Origin: Vicugna vicugna
Taxonomy: Eukaryota
DNA: 64,000 nucleotides
Direction of reading: 5' to 3'
Assembly (NCBI GenBank): GCA_013265495.1
Contig: MU057865.1
Location: 434,001-498,000, forward strand
Each line of letters opens with the position of its first letter. The first letter of the stretch is position 1. A model generated the notes under the pieces. The model made no database searches. It was not told the DNA's origin and saw nothing but the letters and a program-made list of their open reading frames with translations. The translations under genes and the position numbers were made by a program. Below are positions 51,101-64,000 of the stretch, piece after piece.

Positions 51101-51726
51101 CGGCAGGGGAAAGCGATCTTACACACACGGCAAAGGTGTGTGTGTGTGGGGTGTGTGTGTGTACGCTCCCTTAAATGCTTTTAGTTAAGTGGCTTAAAAA
51201 CAAAAAAGAGAGCATTAGGGACTCGAGAAATCAGAGGCATCTTCAGGAAGGAGATGGAGTATGAGCAGAATATGGACAATTTGAGTAACTGCAGAGGCGT
51301 GAATTGGAACTTTCTTCCTGGTGCGAAAGATGAGGACACGCCCAGAGGCGCGGAAAAATGGAAAGTCATAGAGTGTTCTGGTGACAGCGAGGAAGCACTG
51401 CTTATGTCAAAACAGAATAGGCTCAGATGAGGCGAAGCCTTAAGTACATCAGGATAAAAGGAGGCACCCTAAGCACACAGGTTAAAAGCAGCCTGAGATT
51501 TGATGCTGGACTCCAAGCTGAAGAGCTTCTTCCTTTGTACGGTTTGCTTCGCAATCGACAACAGTTTTTGATTAATTTCTGTGTTAGGTGTAGAAAAAAG
51601 TACATGTGTTTGGATGCATAGATAGATTGCCACTATGTGTTCAGTTACATTGATTTTCAGATCTGCAGATAATGGCTACTCAGACTCCAAACTATAATTT
51701 TTTTTTTAGATTCAGTCAATTATATT

Positions 51727-52030
51727 GTATCAGTGAGGACTGAGCTCAGCTGCAAGTAACACAGACTTGATTATGGGTGCTTACTATGCAAACAGGGTTG
51801 CGCTTTTCTTACGGAACAAAATATCCAGAGGTCAGCGATGACAGGCGTGGGGTCAGTGGTATAGCGATGCCAGGGCTGAATTCCCTGTGATTCCCTTAGC
51901 TTTTCCCTTATTGTCTCATGATGGCTCCAGCCATTATATCTACAATCAAGATGGGAAGGAAAGAGAAACAGAAGGCCAGAATTGGGTCACACCACCTCTC
52001 TTCGTCAAAAAGGAAGCTTTCTTGGCTTTG
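51727..52030 (-). mobile_element. Old MLT1 (J/K/L-like) LTR
   Basis: tgtatcagtgaggactg..cagctgcaagtaacacaga...gatggctccagccattatatc. Confidence 0.6.
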
Positions 52031-52419
52031 CAGACAATCCAGTGAGGTGCAGAAGTGGAGAAGAGGGGTGCCGATATTTTTTCATTGCCATGAATACCTA
52101 CCATGATCATCTGGGTATTTTTCTGGCAATTAAAAGCCTTATTGTATCTATTAAATATGGAAATACTTGTACAAAGTCTATGGTGACTCTGAAGCGTCCA
52201 GATGTTAATATTAGGGAGCAACCAACTGTATTTTTCAACTTTCATCCCAGTTTTATCATTTTTAATAGCTTTATACATATTCACATTTCTTCCCATGTAT
52301 CTGTGTACTGGTGAATGTTTGCAATGCCAAATCCAAGATTTCTTGCAAAACACTAACCAGTGTTTCCAGCAATTTTCTGCTTTATGTCACGATTAGGATC
52401 ACAATCGTGATCCTAGCTG

Positions 52420-52630
52420 TCAACAATTATTGTGCCCTGGATACACGAGGTCTTTATATTTGTTATTCTTGTTTTCATGACACTTCAAGATAGTTACTGT
52501 TATTCTTGTGTTGCAAATAAGGAAACCGAGTCTCGGATAAAAGTAAAGTGACTTACTTGCTCAAGAACGTATGGCTGGAAGGTGGCAGAGTGAATTCAAA
52601 GTTAATTCTGTCCATCCCAAAATCTGGTTT
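52420..52630 (-). mobile_element. MIR relic
   Basis: ttgcaaataaggaaaccgagtctc...gtgacttacttgctcaag...ggaaggtggcagag. Confidence 0.7.
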
Positions 52631-53083
52631 TTTTTTTGTGTGTGTGTGTGTTTTGTTTTTGGTTTGTTTGTTTTCAGAAGGCTGTACTGATTTGGATGTG
52701 CCATTTGAGGGAGAATGTACTTACCTACTTCCCCAGATCTCATCTGGGTTAAAAACGATGATGATGGATTCAGGTATAATTCTTCTTACTCTAACTTGGC
52801 CTTAAGAAACGATCACCTGGAGTCAGAGTATAAAGGTCCACCGCCAAGGATTGTGCAAATCAGAGCAGTCAAAGGTGTCTTGCTTCAGTCATGAGAAGGA
52901 AGATAGTGATTAGGTCTTTAATAACTTTAATCGCTCCCTGTCCCTCTGTCCGTAGCGGCTTCATTTGGACTGCAGAGTTTTTGTTCTTAATGGAAGTCTC
53001 CATGTCAGCTTTTGATTTGGGTCTTGCTTGAAAGGGCCTGGATGAATGTATTTCCACCAGTGAACTTCCCTGACATGTCTGAA

Positions 53084-53280
53084 CAGTGGTTCTCAGCACA
53101 CACATTAGAACCGCCTCGGAAGCCTGAAAAAATATGACAACCTGCATCACCCACCAGAGATGCTGATTTAATTGGCATGGAGTGGAGCCCAGGCAGCAGA
53201 ATTTTTTTTCCCCATGTTTTATTTTGGTTTTTTAGCTCCCCAGGTGATTCTAATAGCTCAGCTTGAGTAGAAAACCACTG
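53084..53280. mobile_element. MER5A/B-like hAT-Charlie MITE
   Basis: TIRs cagtggttctc ... gaaaaccactg; ctgatttaattgg, ctccccaggtgattctaat. Confidence 0.85.
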
Positions 53281-54282
53281 GCCTAAATGATTAATGGAGG
53301 TACTAATGGAGGGGAGGGAAGAGAGAGCCCCAGAATGCGAGGTCTTCAAACTTTTCGGTCTATGGACCATTTTATGGGGGTGTTGAAAGAAATGGCTCTC
53401 TTCAGAATTAGTAGAGATAACTGGCTCATCTTTAATGAGACACCAATGAGCGAAAGGATAAGTGAATTACTAACGAGAGAGAAGTTATGTGTAGAGAGTA
53501 ACTTCATTGTGCGTCCCCATGCTGCTTTTATAGTTTTTTAAGTACCATCGTCCAAATTTACCAATTGACAAAATGAACAAACAAACAAATAAAAACTAAG
53601 ATCCTTTGGGAATAAATACATTAAAGAGACTGTCATTTTAGCTAGTGGCAAAACCTGAGTGAGAACTTTGATATGCTAAGACCAGATCCTCACTTATTCC
53701 GGAGGACACCCCGATGGGGAGATCTCCTTTTATGAACATTTCTGGGAGCTCTCACTGAATGCAGAGGTTTGTATCCTGGATGGAAGACTTAAGTGATCAG
53801 ATTGGTCCTCAGATTTCATTTCGAAGATGCTCTGTTCTGAACAATGTTCTCACAGTGGGAGGAGCCTGTTGTGTGTTCTTACACAACACAGTATACCATG
53901 GTTGTTTCCAATTCCCTGGACTTAATGTATTTCCTTTCTGTCTGGTGGCTTTGTTTCCCAAAGCCCATTTCTTACACTTTTTTTTTCTGTTCTAAAGTTT
54001 GATCCATCTGAAATCTATACATTATTTCACAGACATCAGTAGCTTTTTTTCCAGGTTAAATTATTTAATGGTGTTGTTTCATTGACGGTTTCAGCTTAGC
54101 CGTTGACACTTATTGGCAGAAAGAAACACGTTTTTCCATTGGGATAAAACATATTTTTTATTAGAGAAAAGAGCAACTAAATTGAGTTTCTGTCTTTTAA
54201 ATCCTAGTGGTGGCAAATGAAGACATCTGGGGCTTTAAGTGACAATTTACCTTCGTATCAACATGAGGCATCAGTCACCCAA

Positions 54283-54510
54283 CCTCTCCCTTCCGTCTCT
54301 CTCCCTGCTTCTCCCCTTCTGTTGTTTTCTTCTCTTCTGCTTCTCTCCTCTCCTCTTTCCTTCATTCCCCTTCCCCTTCCTCTGTCCTTGCCCTTAGCCC
54401 CTCACCCCCCTCCTCCCAGCTGGCTCCCTCTTCTTCACCATGGCCCCCTCCCCAAATCACCTTCGCTCTCTCCTCTCTCTCTGCCCTTGCCTCCCCTCCG
54501 CTGCCTTTTC
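54283..54510. repeat. Long polypyrimidine low-complexity tract
   Basis: About 230 nt, predominantly C/T. Confidence 0.9.
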
Positions 54511-56244
54511 TAACTTGCTCCACTGGGGTTGGCCTATCGTCTCATCTTCCTAGTCTTTATTCCTCTGGGTTTGGAGGTTTTAATTCCAGATGCCACTCAT
54601 CTCATGAAGTGAATAAATCAGGGAGCAGAAAGGAAAGACGGGAAAAAAGGGGGAGGTTGATTTCATGTATCTGTCTCTCCCTCTCTTTTTTTTTTAACTG
54701 CCAAGCATTTTTCTTGGGAATTCTACAAAAGTACATGGAAAGGACGTAAACTTTGCCTGTTTTACTATCCAGGTGGGGAAACAAGGGGAAGGAGATTGGC
54801 AGCTTTGTGGGTGCTCCTGCCTCTGCAGCACAGAAGCATGTAACTGCAGTTGGGCACCTGCTTTCCTGTCCTTTCTGGACCCCCCCCCCACTCTACCCGA
54901 TCTATCTGTCTGGGATTCCAGGCGCTGCACTGGCATAGCAACCTTCATGTATTTGACGAAGTAACTCCATAGCCACACTCCGCCACTTACCATCACAATA
55001 ACTCCTCTAGGCAGCAAATGCCCATTTTCCACATGAGGTCAGTGGCTTAAGCACTGGTAGAAAGAATCCTCAGCTGACTTGAGAGGAGAGCAGAGCCCGA
55101 AAAGTGGGGTGAAAGTTAGCAGTCACGAATAGCATCTGTCCCGATGCCAAGTTCAAATGGGGCCAGGTGAGTCGAGGAAGAGCAAAGCTGCCCAGGGAAT
55201 GGGGTGGGGGCAGGAGTAGGGAGGAGAGGTCAGGAGGAATTTTCTTAAATTAACATCACAGTGCTGGAGGCTCCTCGAGCCTCCTGGGTGTGCCTGAAGG
55301 GGCTGGAAGAAAGACAACCAGGGAAGGCCACCTCCTATGGCGAGATCCAGAGTGCCTGAATGACGGTGCGTGGCAAGGGACTAGGTGACATTGAACTCCA
55401 GCCACTCTCAGCTCTCCAAGGTGGGCTACAGCCCCGGAGGGTGAGGGGCTCGTCCTGGCAGAAAGGTCCCACAGGCTTACCTAACTGGACACTGCACCTT
55501 GAATTCAGGTAGCTTGCTTGAGTTACCAGGCTCTCCCAGTGAATAAGAGCCTGGCCCAAGACTGTGAACCATGACCCTTGATTCTTTGATGACTTCACGT
55601 GTTCCCTCTACCTGCTACTGTTCACTAGGTACCATTTTTCTTTTGTAACTACCGAAAAGGATGGCATGCAGACAAAGCCAGGGGTAAGCTCTTCTTTTCA
55701 AAATGGTTTGAAGAGACAAGCTCAGAAATTCCTCTTGGAGTGTAACGATCTCATGGAGAGCAGGCATTTTCTGTGCCTGATTTAACCAAACACCCTTCAG
55801 CCACACTAGGCTAAAGACAACACTTGACCGCTATGCTGCAGCTTTTAGTCTTAGTGGTGCCGCCGCCTCCGTTTCGCTGGGACTCCTCAGAGCTTGCTTA
55901 GCCGTGGGTGCAGTGATTGGACTCAATTATTCATTCCCAATAAATGAGCCAAGTAACTTGGAGCACATGGGGTAGACGGGGTGAGGGGGGTCATCGCCTC
56001 GGAACTGACAGGCGAGAAAATAACATAAAAGACTTCTTGAATATAAGGGAAAATCACAGATTTCAGGGAAGGATGTGTGGTCCTTGTTTTGTATCCCTCA
56101 TTCCATCTAAAACGGAAAACAAAGAGGAGACCGGGGATTATGGAGCTGGAAGGAGGGGAGCAGGCAAGAGGTGGACTGAGCGCAGCCCACATGCGTGTTT
56201 AGCACGATGCACTGAGGTCAGATTAGCAGCTGAAAATAAAGTCA

Positions 56245-56470
56245 TTACACACACTGGGTTGGATTCTGGAATTAGGAGATCGGAAACTCACTGGCTGGGT
56301 CTGCCTCATACATGTCAGGTTTCTCACCTGCAACATAACGTGTGCTGTGTATGGAGCACAGACTGCCTGCTCTGGGTGCCTCACCTATCACCATGAGATG
56401 CAGTAGACAAAATGCATTCGAAGCACATCGGAGATTATAGCAAACTCTTGTGCAAATAAAGGCGTTTTTA
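56245..56470 (+). mobile_element. MIR relic
   Basis: ggattctggaattaggaga...caggtttctcacctgcaaca. Confidence 0.45.
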
Positions 56471-56699
56471 TATGTTTATAAATTCCTTTTTTGTTCCTGG
56501 TCCCTTTTGCAAGCCCTTTCCTCCTATTTCCTTTCAGTGTTTAACCCCTTTACCTAAGGGCTGCAGCTGACAGATATGAGGCATGGATGTCTGACAGGTA
56601 GATCACAGAGTTCTCATACAAGGCATGCTCGTCAGGGTGGGACCACTTGGACCAGCGTCTTTCAAGTGAGGGACCATAGAGGAGATCCAATCATCCATT

Positions 56700-56830
56700 A
56701 GTATATAAACTTATGCATTCATCAAACATTTACGGAGGGTTTGCTGTATCACAGGCATTGCCCTGGACACTGAGGATGCGGCAATGAATAATATATAGTC
56801 ATTCTCTTGAGGATGTCAGAGTCTTGTACT
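56700..56830 (-). mobile_element. L2 3' end relic
   Basis: cattcatcaaacattta...caggcattgccctggacactgaggatgcggcaatgaa. Confidence 0.65.
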
Positions 56831-57499
56831 TTCTTGGAGGTCTTCCTGGAAAAATGTAGTCATATGTCCTCTAAGAGAAGCCCAGAAACTTGTTGGACCA
56901 TGTAGGAACCTTTTAAGCAGAGCATATGCATTGTTTTGGAAGGACGGACTTTCCCTCAACACACGTAAAAGTGGCTACGCATGTTGGGACAGCCTTTTGG
57001 GTTGACTGCCTTTTCCTTCCTCTCCCAGGAAGCAGAAGACTCATGACTCGTGCATCTAGGGAGTGAATTCTTTGGAAGTCAAACAGCCACTGTGTTGAGC
57101 CAAACTGGAGAAAGAAAACCGTTACCAGAAAGCCAACCAGGCTTAATATGGAGGCAGGGCAAGAACACAGGGCTGGAATGTGTGTAAAGTTGGCCAGGAA
57201 GGGATCTAGGCGTATGGAGGGAAGAAGGAAACATCGTAGAGTAGCAGGTGAGGGAGTGAGCTTAGGAAAGGAAGGAGAGGCATGTGTGTTAGGACACGGC
57301 TGGATCTGCCGTGGCCAAGGTGACTCTTCACAGGTTCTCAGTGTGGCATTGAACAGACGCTCCCTGAGCTACACCATACCGCTCAGAAGAACTTAGAATG
57401 AGATTCTAATATTCCGTATCAAAGAGATCATTTTGATTTCCCTCATCAGATTTTCTACCCCAGTTTTTACCTCTTCAATAAATAGTCACTAAAACCAAA

Positions 57500-58200
57500 T
57501 TAAATCAACACATATTTACTGGGAATCTCTCTGTGCGAGAGCCTTGGGGGTTCAAAGATACTGAGAACCTTGGAGTTTTCAAACTGAATCAAAGTTTGGG
57601 GGCAGGTTCTGCCTTCAGAGAATTTTCAGAATGGCAGAGCAAAAATGACTCTGTAGAATGTAAGAAAGCCTGAGAGGGATAGGTCTAGCGTTTCATGGGG
57701 TTGAAAGAAGGCAAGATTGCTTCAAGCTGAGAGTCTCCGGGAGAATGAGGGCAGTGCATGAGAAGGAAGTAACACTCGACCCGGGAAGGTATGAGATGAT
57801 GAGAAAATGAGAGTTTCATAGGAAAGAAACAAATTGAACCAAGAAATTGAAGGAAGTGTGGCACATAAATAGGAAAGCATGAGCTCTGTGAGGGCAAGAG
57901 TGGAAAATTAAAGTTGGCAAGGTCAGTTTGGGCTCAGTCATAAGGTACAGAATGACTGAAAAGCTGAAAAGGCTCATACTTTATTCTGTAGCCAACAGGG
58001 AGCTGGTGACAATTTTCGTGTGTGTATGGAAATGTTATAATCAGAACGGCATGTCAATATTAATCCGGCTATCAATCAACAAATATTCATTGGGTGTCTA
58101 CTCACTGCAAGGTGCTATGCTAATACTGATGGAATACACATGGAATGTACCATGTAATCCCTGATCTAAAGGTTTTGCGTTCTGGGTGAGAGAGAAGGCT
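57500..58200 (-). mobile_element. Fragmented L2 relics
   Basis: tcaacacatatttactg; ctttattctgtagccaacagggagc; atcaacaaatattcattgggtgtctac. Confidence 0.5.
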
Positions 58201-60839
58201 AACTAATTATTGAGTTGTTTTACACTCACTACTGGATAAATAGTGACACTTCCAACACTCTTTCGGTTTCCATTGAGTGTAATCTGGAATCTTCCATGTC
58301 GAAATTGTTTATTACAAGGTTGTCTCTTTGTTGTCAGTTTGTAATCTGTTAGTTGGTTCTAAATTGCTGCTTGTAGAAGGGAAATTACACAGCAAATGTG
58401 AGCGCTGCAAACCCACTACCCTGAGCAGATTTACAAAGAATATCTTCCTAAGCACCCCCCTCTCCCCTCAGCTGTGAGTGCATTTAGCTGAATGGAGATC
58501 CTTTGTTTGCCTCCATGATTAATTACATCTTGCACTGTCTTAGAACCTGATATTTAATTACCCTGAAGTGCTTTATGAATATAGATTATATGTCTCCAGG
58601 ATCATGCGAGCAGGCCAGGGATGTCTGAGTGATCTTTTCTTTCATCAACGTAAATTTTGCCAGAGACAGGCAGCCGCAGAGACTTCTTCGTTGTCTGACT
58701 TTGAACTATAGCTCCATCCGGAGGGAAGGACACACCATCTTAGGGCACCTTTTCTCTCAGGTCACAGCTGGAATTCGGATGCTTATGCCACCAGCCTCAG
58801 CTATTAATTCTGACTTGGGTCCTTGTCAGGTGCACACGTGTGTGTGTGTGCGTGTGTGTGTGAGCGCGTGTGTGCAGATCACTGACGAGATAGCACACAG
58901 TGAGGTTTGTTTTTGATTTGTGTTTGGCTTGTTTTGTTTTATTTGTTTACTTTTTGGAGACAGGAGTCACAAGGGAATCGCTTGCACTTGGCTGGTGGAA
59001 GTCCTGGGGGGGCTCTCCCTCTTGTGAACACCACCACCATCATCTCCATCATGACAGCATCGCCAACTTCGTCATCAAGACTTTACTAGGTACTGCCCTT
59101 GAGTTGGGTTCCGTGTATGACGATTTTATTCGCCATAAGAAAGACGTTTTTAGACTTTTTTATAGTCCGGGGGGCCACCATTGACTTCATGTTAATTAGA
59201 CTATTCGGCCAGGTAGCAGAGTCAGACTGTGCACTTGCTCAGGTAACTTGGCAAGATGACCAGCCGGGATATGGAGCTTAGCCTGAGGCCACAGACTGGA
59301 ACATGTGTAAAGTTAGGACTTTTACTTTTATGTGGGTTAGATCTCGTTTGCTCTGTACAGAATTCACCGGGTTAATTGCCTACAGGCAAATAAGGAACTG
59401 ACAGTTAATACTGGATGCTGATGAAGACACTGGATATCTTCTCAAAATAGCCACTTCATATTTTTCCTTATTATGGGAAGCCCTTCCTTGTCTTTTTCAG
59501 TCATACTTTAAACCCATCTTTTCCACCTTGGCGCAGACACAGGCCAGCATGTGGAAGGTGTTAGTCTTCCCCACAAAATTTCGAATGGTGAGCTGGTAAG
59601 ACTTTAACTGAAATATTTGACAATCAAGTTCATTCCCTTGCTCTAGTGTTTCTGCAGGTGAGCAGCCACATCGCTCAGTATTGTTGAGGGTGGAAAGGGC
59701 TGTGAACACGTTGTGGGGCCGCCAGATGTTTTGAACTCCTCTATCTCCCCAGCTGCACCGCATCTAACAGCCTGAAAGTGTTTCCCTTCATGATATTTCA
59801 TAGCACATTGCAAATCTAAATTGAGGCTTGTTTCCTAAATACATTTAAATATTAGCTGAATATAAAAATGTGAATACAGCCGACCATCCATGAATACGCA
59901 AATGGATTTCAAAACATTCTTCACCCTGAGAATCAGAAAATGGCATATCTGGGACAAGCGAAGATGGATGCAAGAGACCAAGATGGAAACATGCCTATCT
60001 GTGTATCTAAGCATTACTATTGTGTCCATCACCATAGTGCCTGGGCCTTGGGCTGAGAAACATTTCTCCTTTGTAATGACGATGTACTCGGGAATACTCA
60101 GGAACAAGAGAGCTAATGTACAAATAACGTGAATCCCATCCATAATGGCCAGTATTGGGAGGCCATTCTGTGGGTACCATGGATACATTCCAATGGTTAA
60201 GTGGAAAGGTTGGCAACAGTGCAGACTCTTTGCCCATGTGCAGAGACCAGAACAAACTGGGAGAAGGGGAGATGGGATGAGAGGCAGGTCTTTTTTGTTT
60301 GTTGGTCTTGGAGATCCAAAATGTGAGGGGAACCTCGCAATTCCGGATTTTAGCAGCATTCACACCTGTAATGCATTGCTTCTATTCATGACCAAGGTCT
60401 TGGTTCACAGACCTTTGCGAAATTCATTTCTAGGAATGAAAGAGGTCTGGATGGATTTAATAAAACACACGTGACTGTACCATGGCTTTGATTTTATTGT
60501 GGGTTACATAAAATTTCCCATTTGCACGGCTACCAGTGATGCAGCTAACTCCGTGCTGATGTGCTTTGTAACAAACACGTAGAAATCTATTGTGACCGGT
60601 GACTGGGCCAAGATGGAGTCCAATTTCATTGCATTTCCTTCATCTTTCTCATAGAAAACCTTTGTCTCCTGCTTTTTCTTTTTCTGCTAAGGTAGTTCTC
60701 AGTGAACCCTACACAGAATAAGGACTTTCTAATCAGCCCCCAGTATAGAGTTGGTCCCACAAATAAATATTTGTTGATGGAGTGATTTTGAATGGGTATG
60801 AACTACTGTTTCTTGTCTTAAAATAATCAAAGATCAAAA

Positions 60840-61540
60840 ACAATTACTGAGTGAATCCTATAAGTTGAACTGTACTTCCACTGGGTAGACGGGAGCAAGA
60901 GTCCTTTGTATTTGAGAAATCCAAAGGGAAAAGTGTCATTTTCCTTCATGTAGCTCCCCAGATGCTACGTTAAATTCTAGGACTAGAGTGGTGAGCAAAT
61001 GGCTGGTTCTGGGCCTCATTATGCAGAACATCCAGGGGAGGGGCTATAAAGAGGATAAAATATTTGAAATATAGGTCTTGATCTTAAGGAATTAGTGTTC
61101 AGAAAGGAAGAAAATACTGTAGATAATTACCCATATAACATAGCATGTGACATGGTGGTGGAAATATCCAGCACTATCAATATTCACTATGAAGGTATCT
61201 CATGATGGAGCTTTCAAGGAAAACACCTTGGGCGAGGAAGGGACTGACTTGGAATTTGGGGGAGATTTTGACTGGTGGAGCGAAGTCTTTGCAGTGAATG
61301 GCAGGAATAGGGTGCAGTGTGGAAGGAGGGCAGGTTTGTGTAATGCACATCCAGAGGGCATTACTTGGGTCAACATGAGTAGAGCAGAATTTATATGGGA
61401 TGAGAGAAGTTTGTCTGACCAGGTTTGCGCTAGATCACCGAAGACTTTGAATAGTCTGTTAAGGAGTTTAACCAGATAGACCATAGAAGTCCACTAAAGA
61501 TTTCCTAGAGTAAAATAAAATTAAATGAGTCAGGATTATG
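60840..61540 (-). mobile_element. Fragmented L2 relic
   Basis: ggtcttgatcttaaggaatt; taaggagttta...tagaagtccactaaagattt. Confidence 0.45.
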
Positions 61541-61590
61541 TAGATAAGAGTTGGCAGGGACTTTGTCAGTCTGTCAGCTTCTAGTCCATG

Positions 61591-61623
61591 TCTTATATAA
61601 CAAAGTATTCTTATATAACAAAG
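61591..61623. repeat. Short tandem duplication (15-bp identity, 18-bp period)
   Basis: tcttatataacaaag x2. Confidence 0.9.
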
Positions 61624-64000
61624 GCTGGACAGGTTTAGTATTTCTTCCGGGAACTTCTAACTCCCTAGTCAAGTAGATCACTTTGACCCTTTTTGCAATC
61701 CAACTTGGACAAAGCAGATTTTCACAGATCAGGGCCTTGCCTTGTCCATCTCAGACACATTTATTAGATAACTTTGATGATCTCAGACACTCAAAAGCCT
61801 GGCATTTGTCAGAAGTCAGTATACTGGTCACTCTGTTGAATTTCAGCACATTTTATAATTGTGATATATAAAGATGAAATGAAGTAATCACACTCCGCTC
61901 TCTCACATGACGATCCTTGTTACCCATCTGCTCTGATGTCTCTGTAGCAATATTATGAGTGGATATTTGACATGATGATCTGGTGACAATCAGGGCAATT
62001 CTCAGTGCAGTGATTTTAGTCCCATCTCTTGCTTTCCTTTTTACTTCCAGACACTGTGCAAGTTAAAGCTAAGTAAGCATTATTTCCTTTTTTTTTATAA
62101 GTACATTAAGGATAGGTAGTGGGCAGCCAAGAGGATAAATTAATTGTCTGCTTAATGCAGCTGAGAGCATTATCTTACCCAGAAGTGAAAATCTTTAGCT
62201 CCCAGGTAGCAGCACAATAGGATAAACCAACTGAATACTTCTCAGGGACTCAAAAAACCCTGAAGTGGGCAGTCAGGGAGACCCCAAACAAAAGTGAAGT
62301 GTATACACTTATTGAGATAGGACATAAACTGTATTTTGGACAGTTTACTACTTTCTTCTTTTCACTCTGATGGTTGTACTCTGGCCATTTTCTGCCCTAG
62401 AAGTGGGCTGGACTCACTCCTCTCAAATGGACTTACTCAGTTGCCCCAGGCAGCACTCTCCGATCCCTAGAACTTGCAGTCTGTTTTCCTGCAGGAGCGC
62501 CGGTGTCATCAGGAACACCTGCCCCTCTGTTCTTGCTCTATTTGTCTTTCACCCATTCTTGAAGGTCTGCCCCATCCAGGACACTTTCTGTGTCTCTGCT
62601 AACCATCCACAATGGCTCAGGTCCACATCGCACCAGCTGGAACTGCATTTCATACGTGTCTTCTCATTTCTGGTTGTGTAACAGCGTTATCCATGTAAGA
62701 GTTTCTTTTCTTTTTATTTCTTTCAAATATTGAATCATTTCTTTCACCTTGGCCCCTGTATCAGAATTAGTTATGGCACTTTGCAAAAACCACGAGACTA
62801 TACCCAGAGAATGTGATTCTGGGTGGTCTGGTCCTCTGCATTTGTGTAAAGTCCTGTGGGTGATTTAGAGGCATAATTATGGTTCAGGAATTTTGATTTA
62901 ATGCTTTGCGTTGCCTATTTTTATTTCATATGAGTAAATCTTTCCTTTGCAACTAAATTATAAGGCACTGCAGTTTCATTGGAGTGTTTTATCTTCCAGC
63001 ATTTGCATTGTCAATAGTATAGTACATTGCTTTGGTTATTTCACTTTGCAGAGATGTTGGGAGAAGACATGGTTCTGACCTCAGATATGCTTCTCCAGGG
63101 CTGTTATTAAACAATTCTGAGGAAGATGCAAAGATCCTCTGCCTCAAGGAGCCCTCACAGGACACACAGCTTCAAGAGAACACAGTTTATTTTGCCAGGA
63201 ACAGAAGCCTGAAGGCATTTTTAGATACTCTTGTTTTAGAGTCTAGAATTTATATGAAAAACAATAACTCCTGATGAATATAAAAACTGGGGATGAGCTG
63301 ATGTTCTAATCTACATCTAACCCTGGCCGTTAGGAAATGCACTCAGAAAAGTGTGAAGCTCCAAAAATCTCATCAGAATCTTTAAAACAGACAAAATGAA
63401 GCAAAAAGAAGTTAGTGTAGCCCATTCATAAAGTGCCTGTGCCCCCGGGTACCCTGAAAAAGAATTAAAAGCAGGTTAGGGAAACCCTCGTAACCTACCC
63501 CTCCTTTGTCTGCCACCTTTTCTATTGCTGTTGCTTTTGTTTTTGTTTTTCCCACAGTGGGAAAGCACAGCACCTCTGTATACGATCTGTTAACTCACTG
63601 GTATGAGGAGTGGTGATAAAGATGCAGCCACTTCCAGGGTAAGGGCAGGTGACCACGGAGCCTGACCAGTGGCCTGGCTGGTCTACCGGAAACGGACATG
63701 CCACTTCCGGCTCAGAAAGAGGAGACCTTGTTCGCTTGTGAAGGATGCTGTGCTTCATAGAAAGCTGAACCAGATCTGTTTGCAACACTGCCTTCTGATG
63801 ATGGTGTCCCCCAGACTCTTTCCCCAGGGACCCCCCCAAAGTCCATCCACCACGCCCTCCTCTTTCAGCTTGGCTGTTGTGAGAATTGTGCTGGGCGGGG
63901 CTCCGGGAGGTGAGAACTTGCTGCCTCTGAAAGGCGAAGCTCGAGCCTGCCTTTTAGGTCAGACCTTTTAGGTCTGCTCCTGTGGCGAAGCTACTTTTCG

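Noticed and set aside
51121..51162. (CA)n/(TG)n hairpin
   Set aside because: Explained by adjacent opposite-strand microsatellites.
58964..59089. His-rich apparent exon
   Set aside because: The CAC/CAT run looks like low-complexity sequence at a MIR/L2 end, and the peptide is not recognised.
59500..59657. Exon candidate (ttttcag acceptor, gtgagc donors)
   Set aside because: Peptide not recognised; isolated splice-like motifs are common.
59835..60359. 174-aa minus-strand ORF and overlapping ORFs
   Set aside because: No recognisable protein family; length is compatible with chance in 64 kb over six frames.
1..64000. CRISPR array, operon or other prokaryote-like system
   Set aside because: No repeat-spacer periodicity or gene-dense ORFs; the window is mammalian repeat-rich non-coding DNA.

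Overview
Mammalian non-coding DNA, intronic or intergenic. It is most likely camelid, because it carries two tRNA-Ala-derived SINEs matching my recollection of Vic-1 plus young artiodactyl-type L1 3' ends. I cannot support any host protein-coding exon or name the locus. The only ORFs with recognisable protein similarity are decayed LINE ORF2 C-termini (L1 at ~27.9-28.2 kb, CR1/L3 at ~48.1 kb). The window is a mosaic of L1 3' fragments (several with TSDs, one clear twin-priming inversion), MIR/L2/L3 relics, MLT1/MLT2 and ERV1 LTRs including a nested MaLR provirus remnant, hAT/Tigger MITEs, microsatellites and a 23-N gap. Between these lie repeat-free TAAT-rich blocks resembling conserved enhancers. 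Repeat family names come from memory of consensus sequences, not from a search, and boundaries of old repeats are approximate. I found no convincing new multi-gene system. The best leads are an L1 copy at 13.8-14.0 kb with a strand- and context-biased A>G cluster resembling fossilised ADAR editing, and a three-hairpin MER135-like module at ~29.9-30.2 kb.
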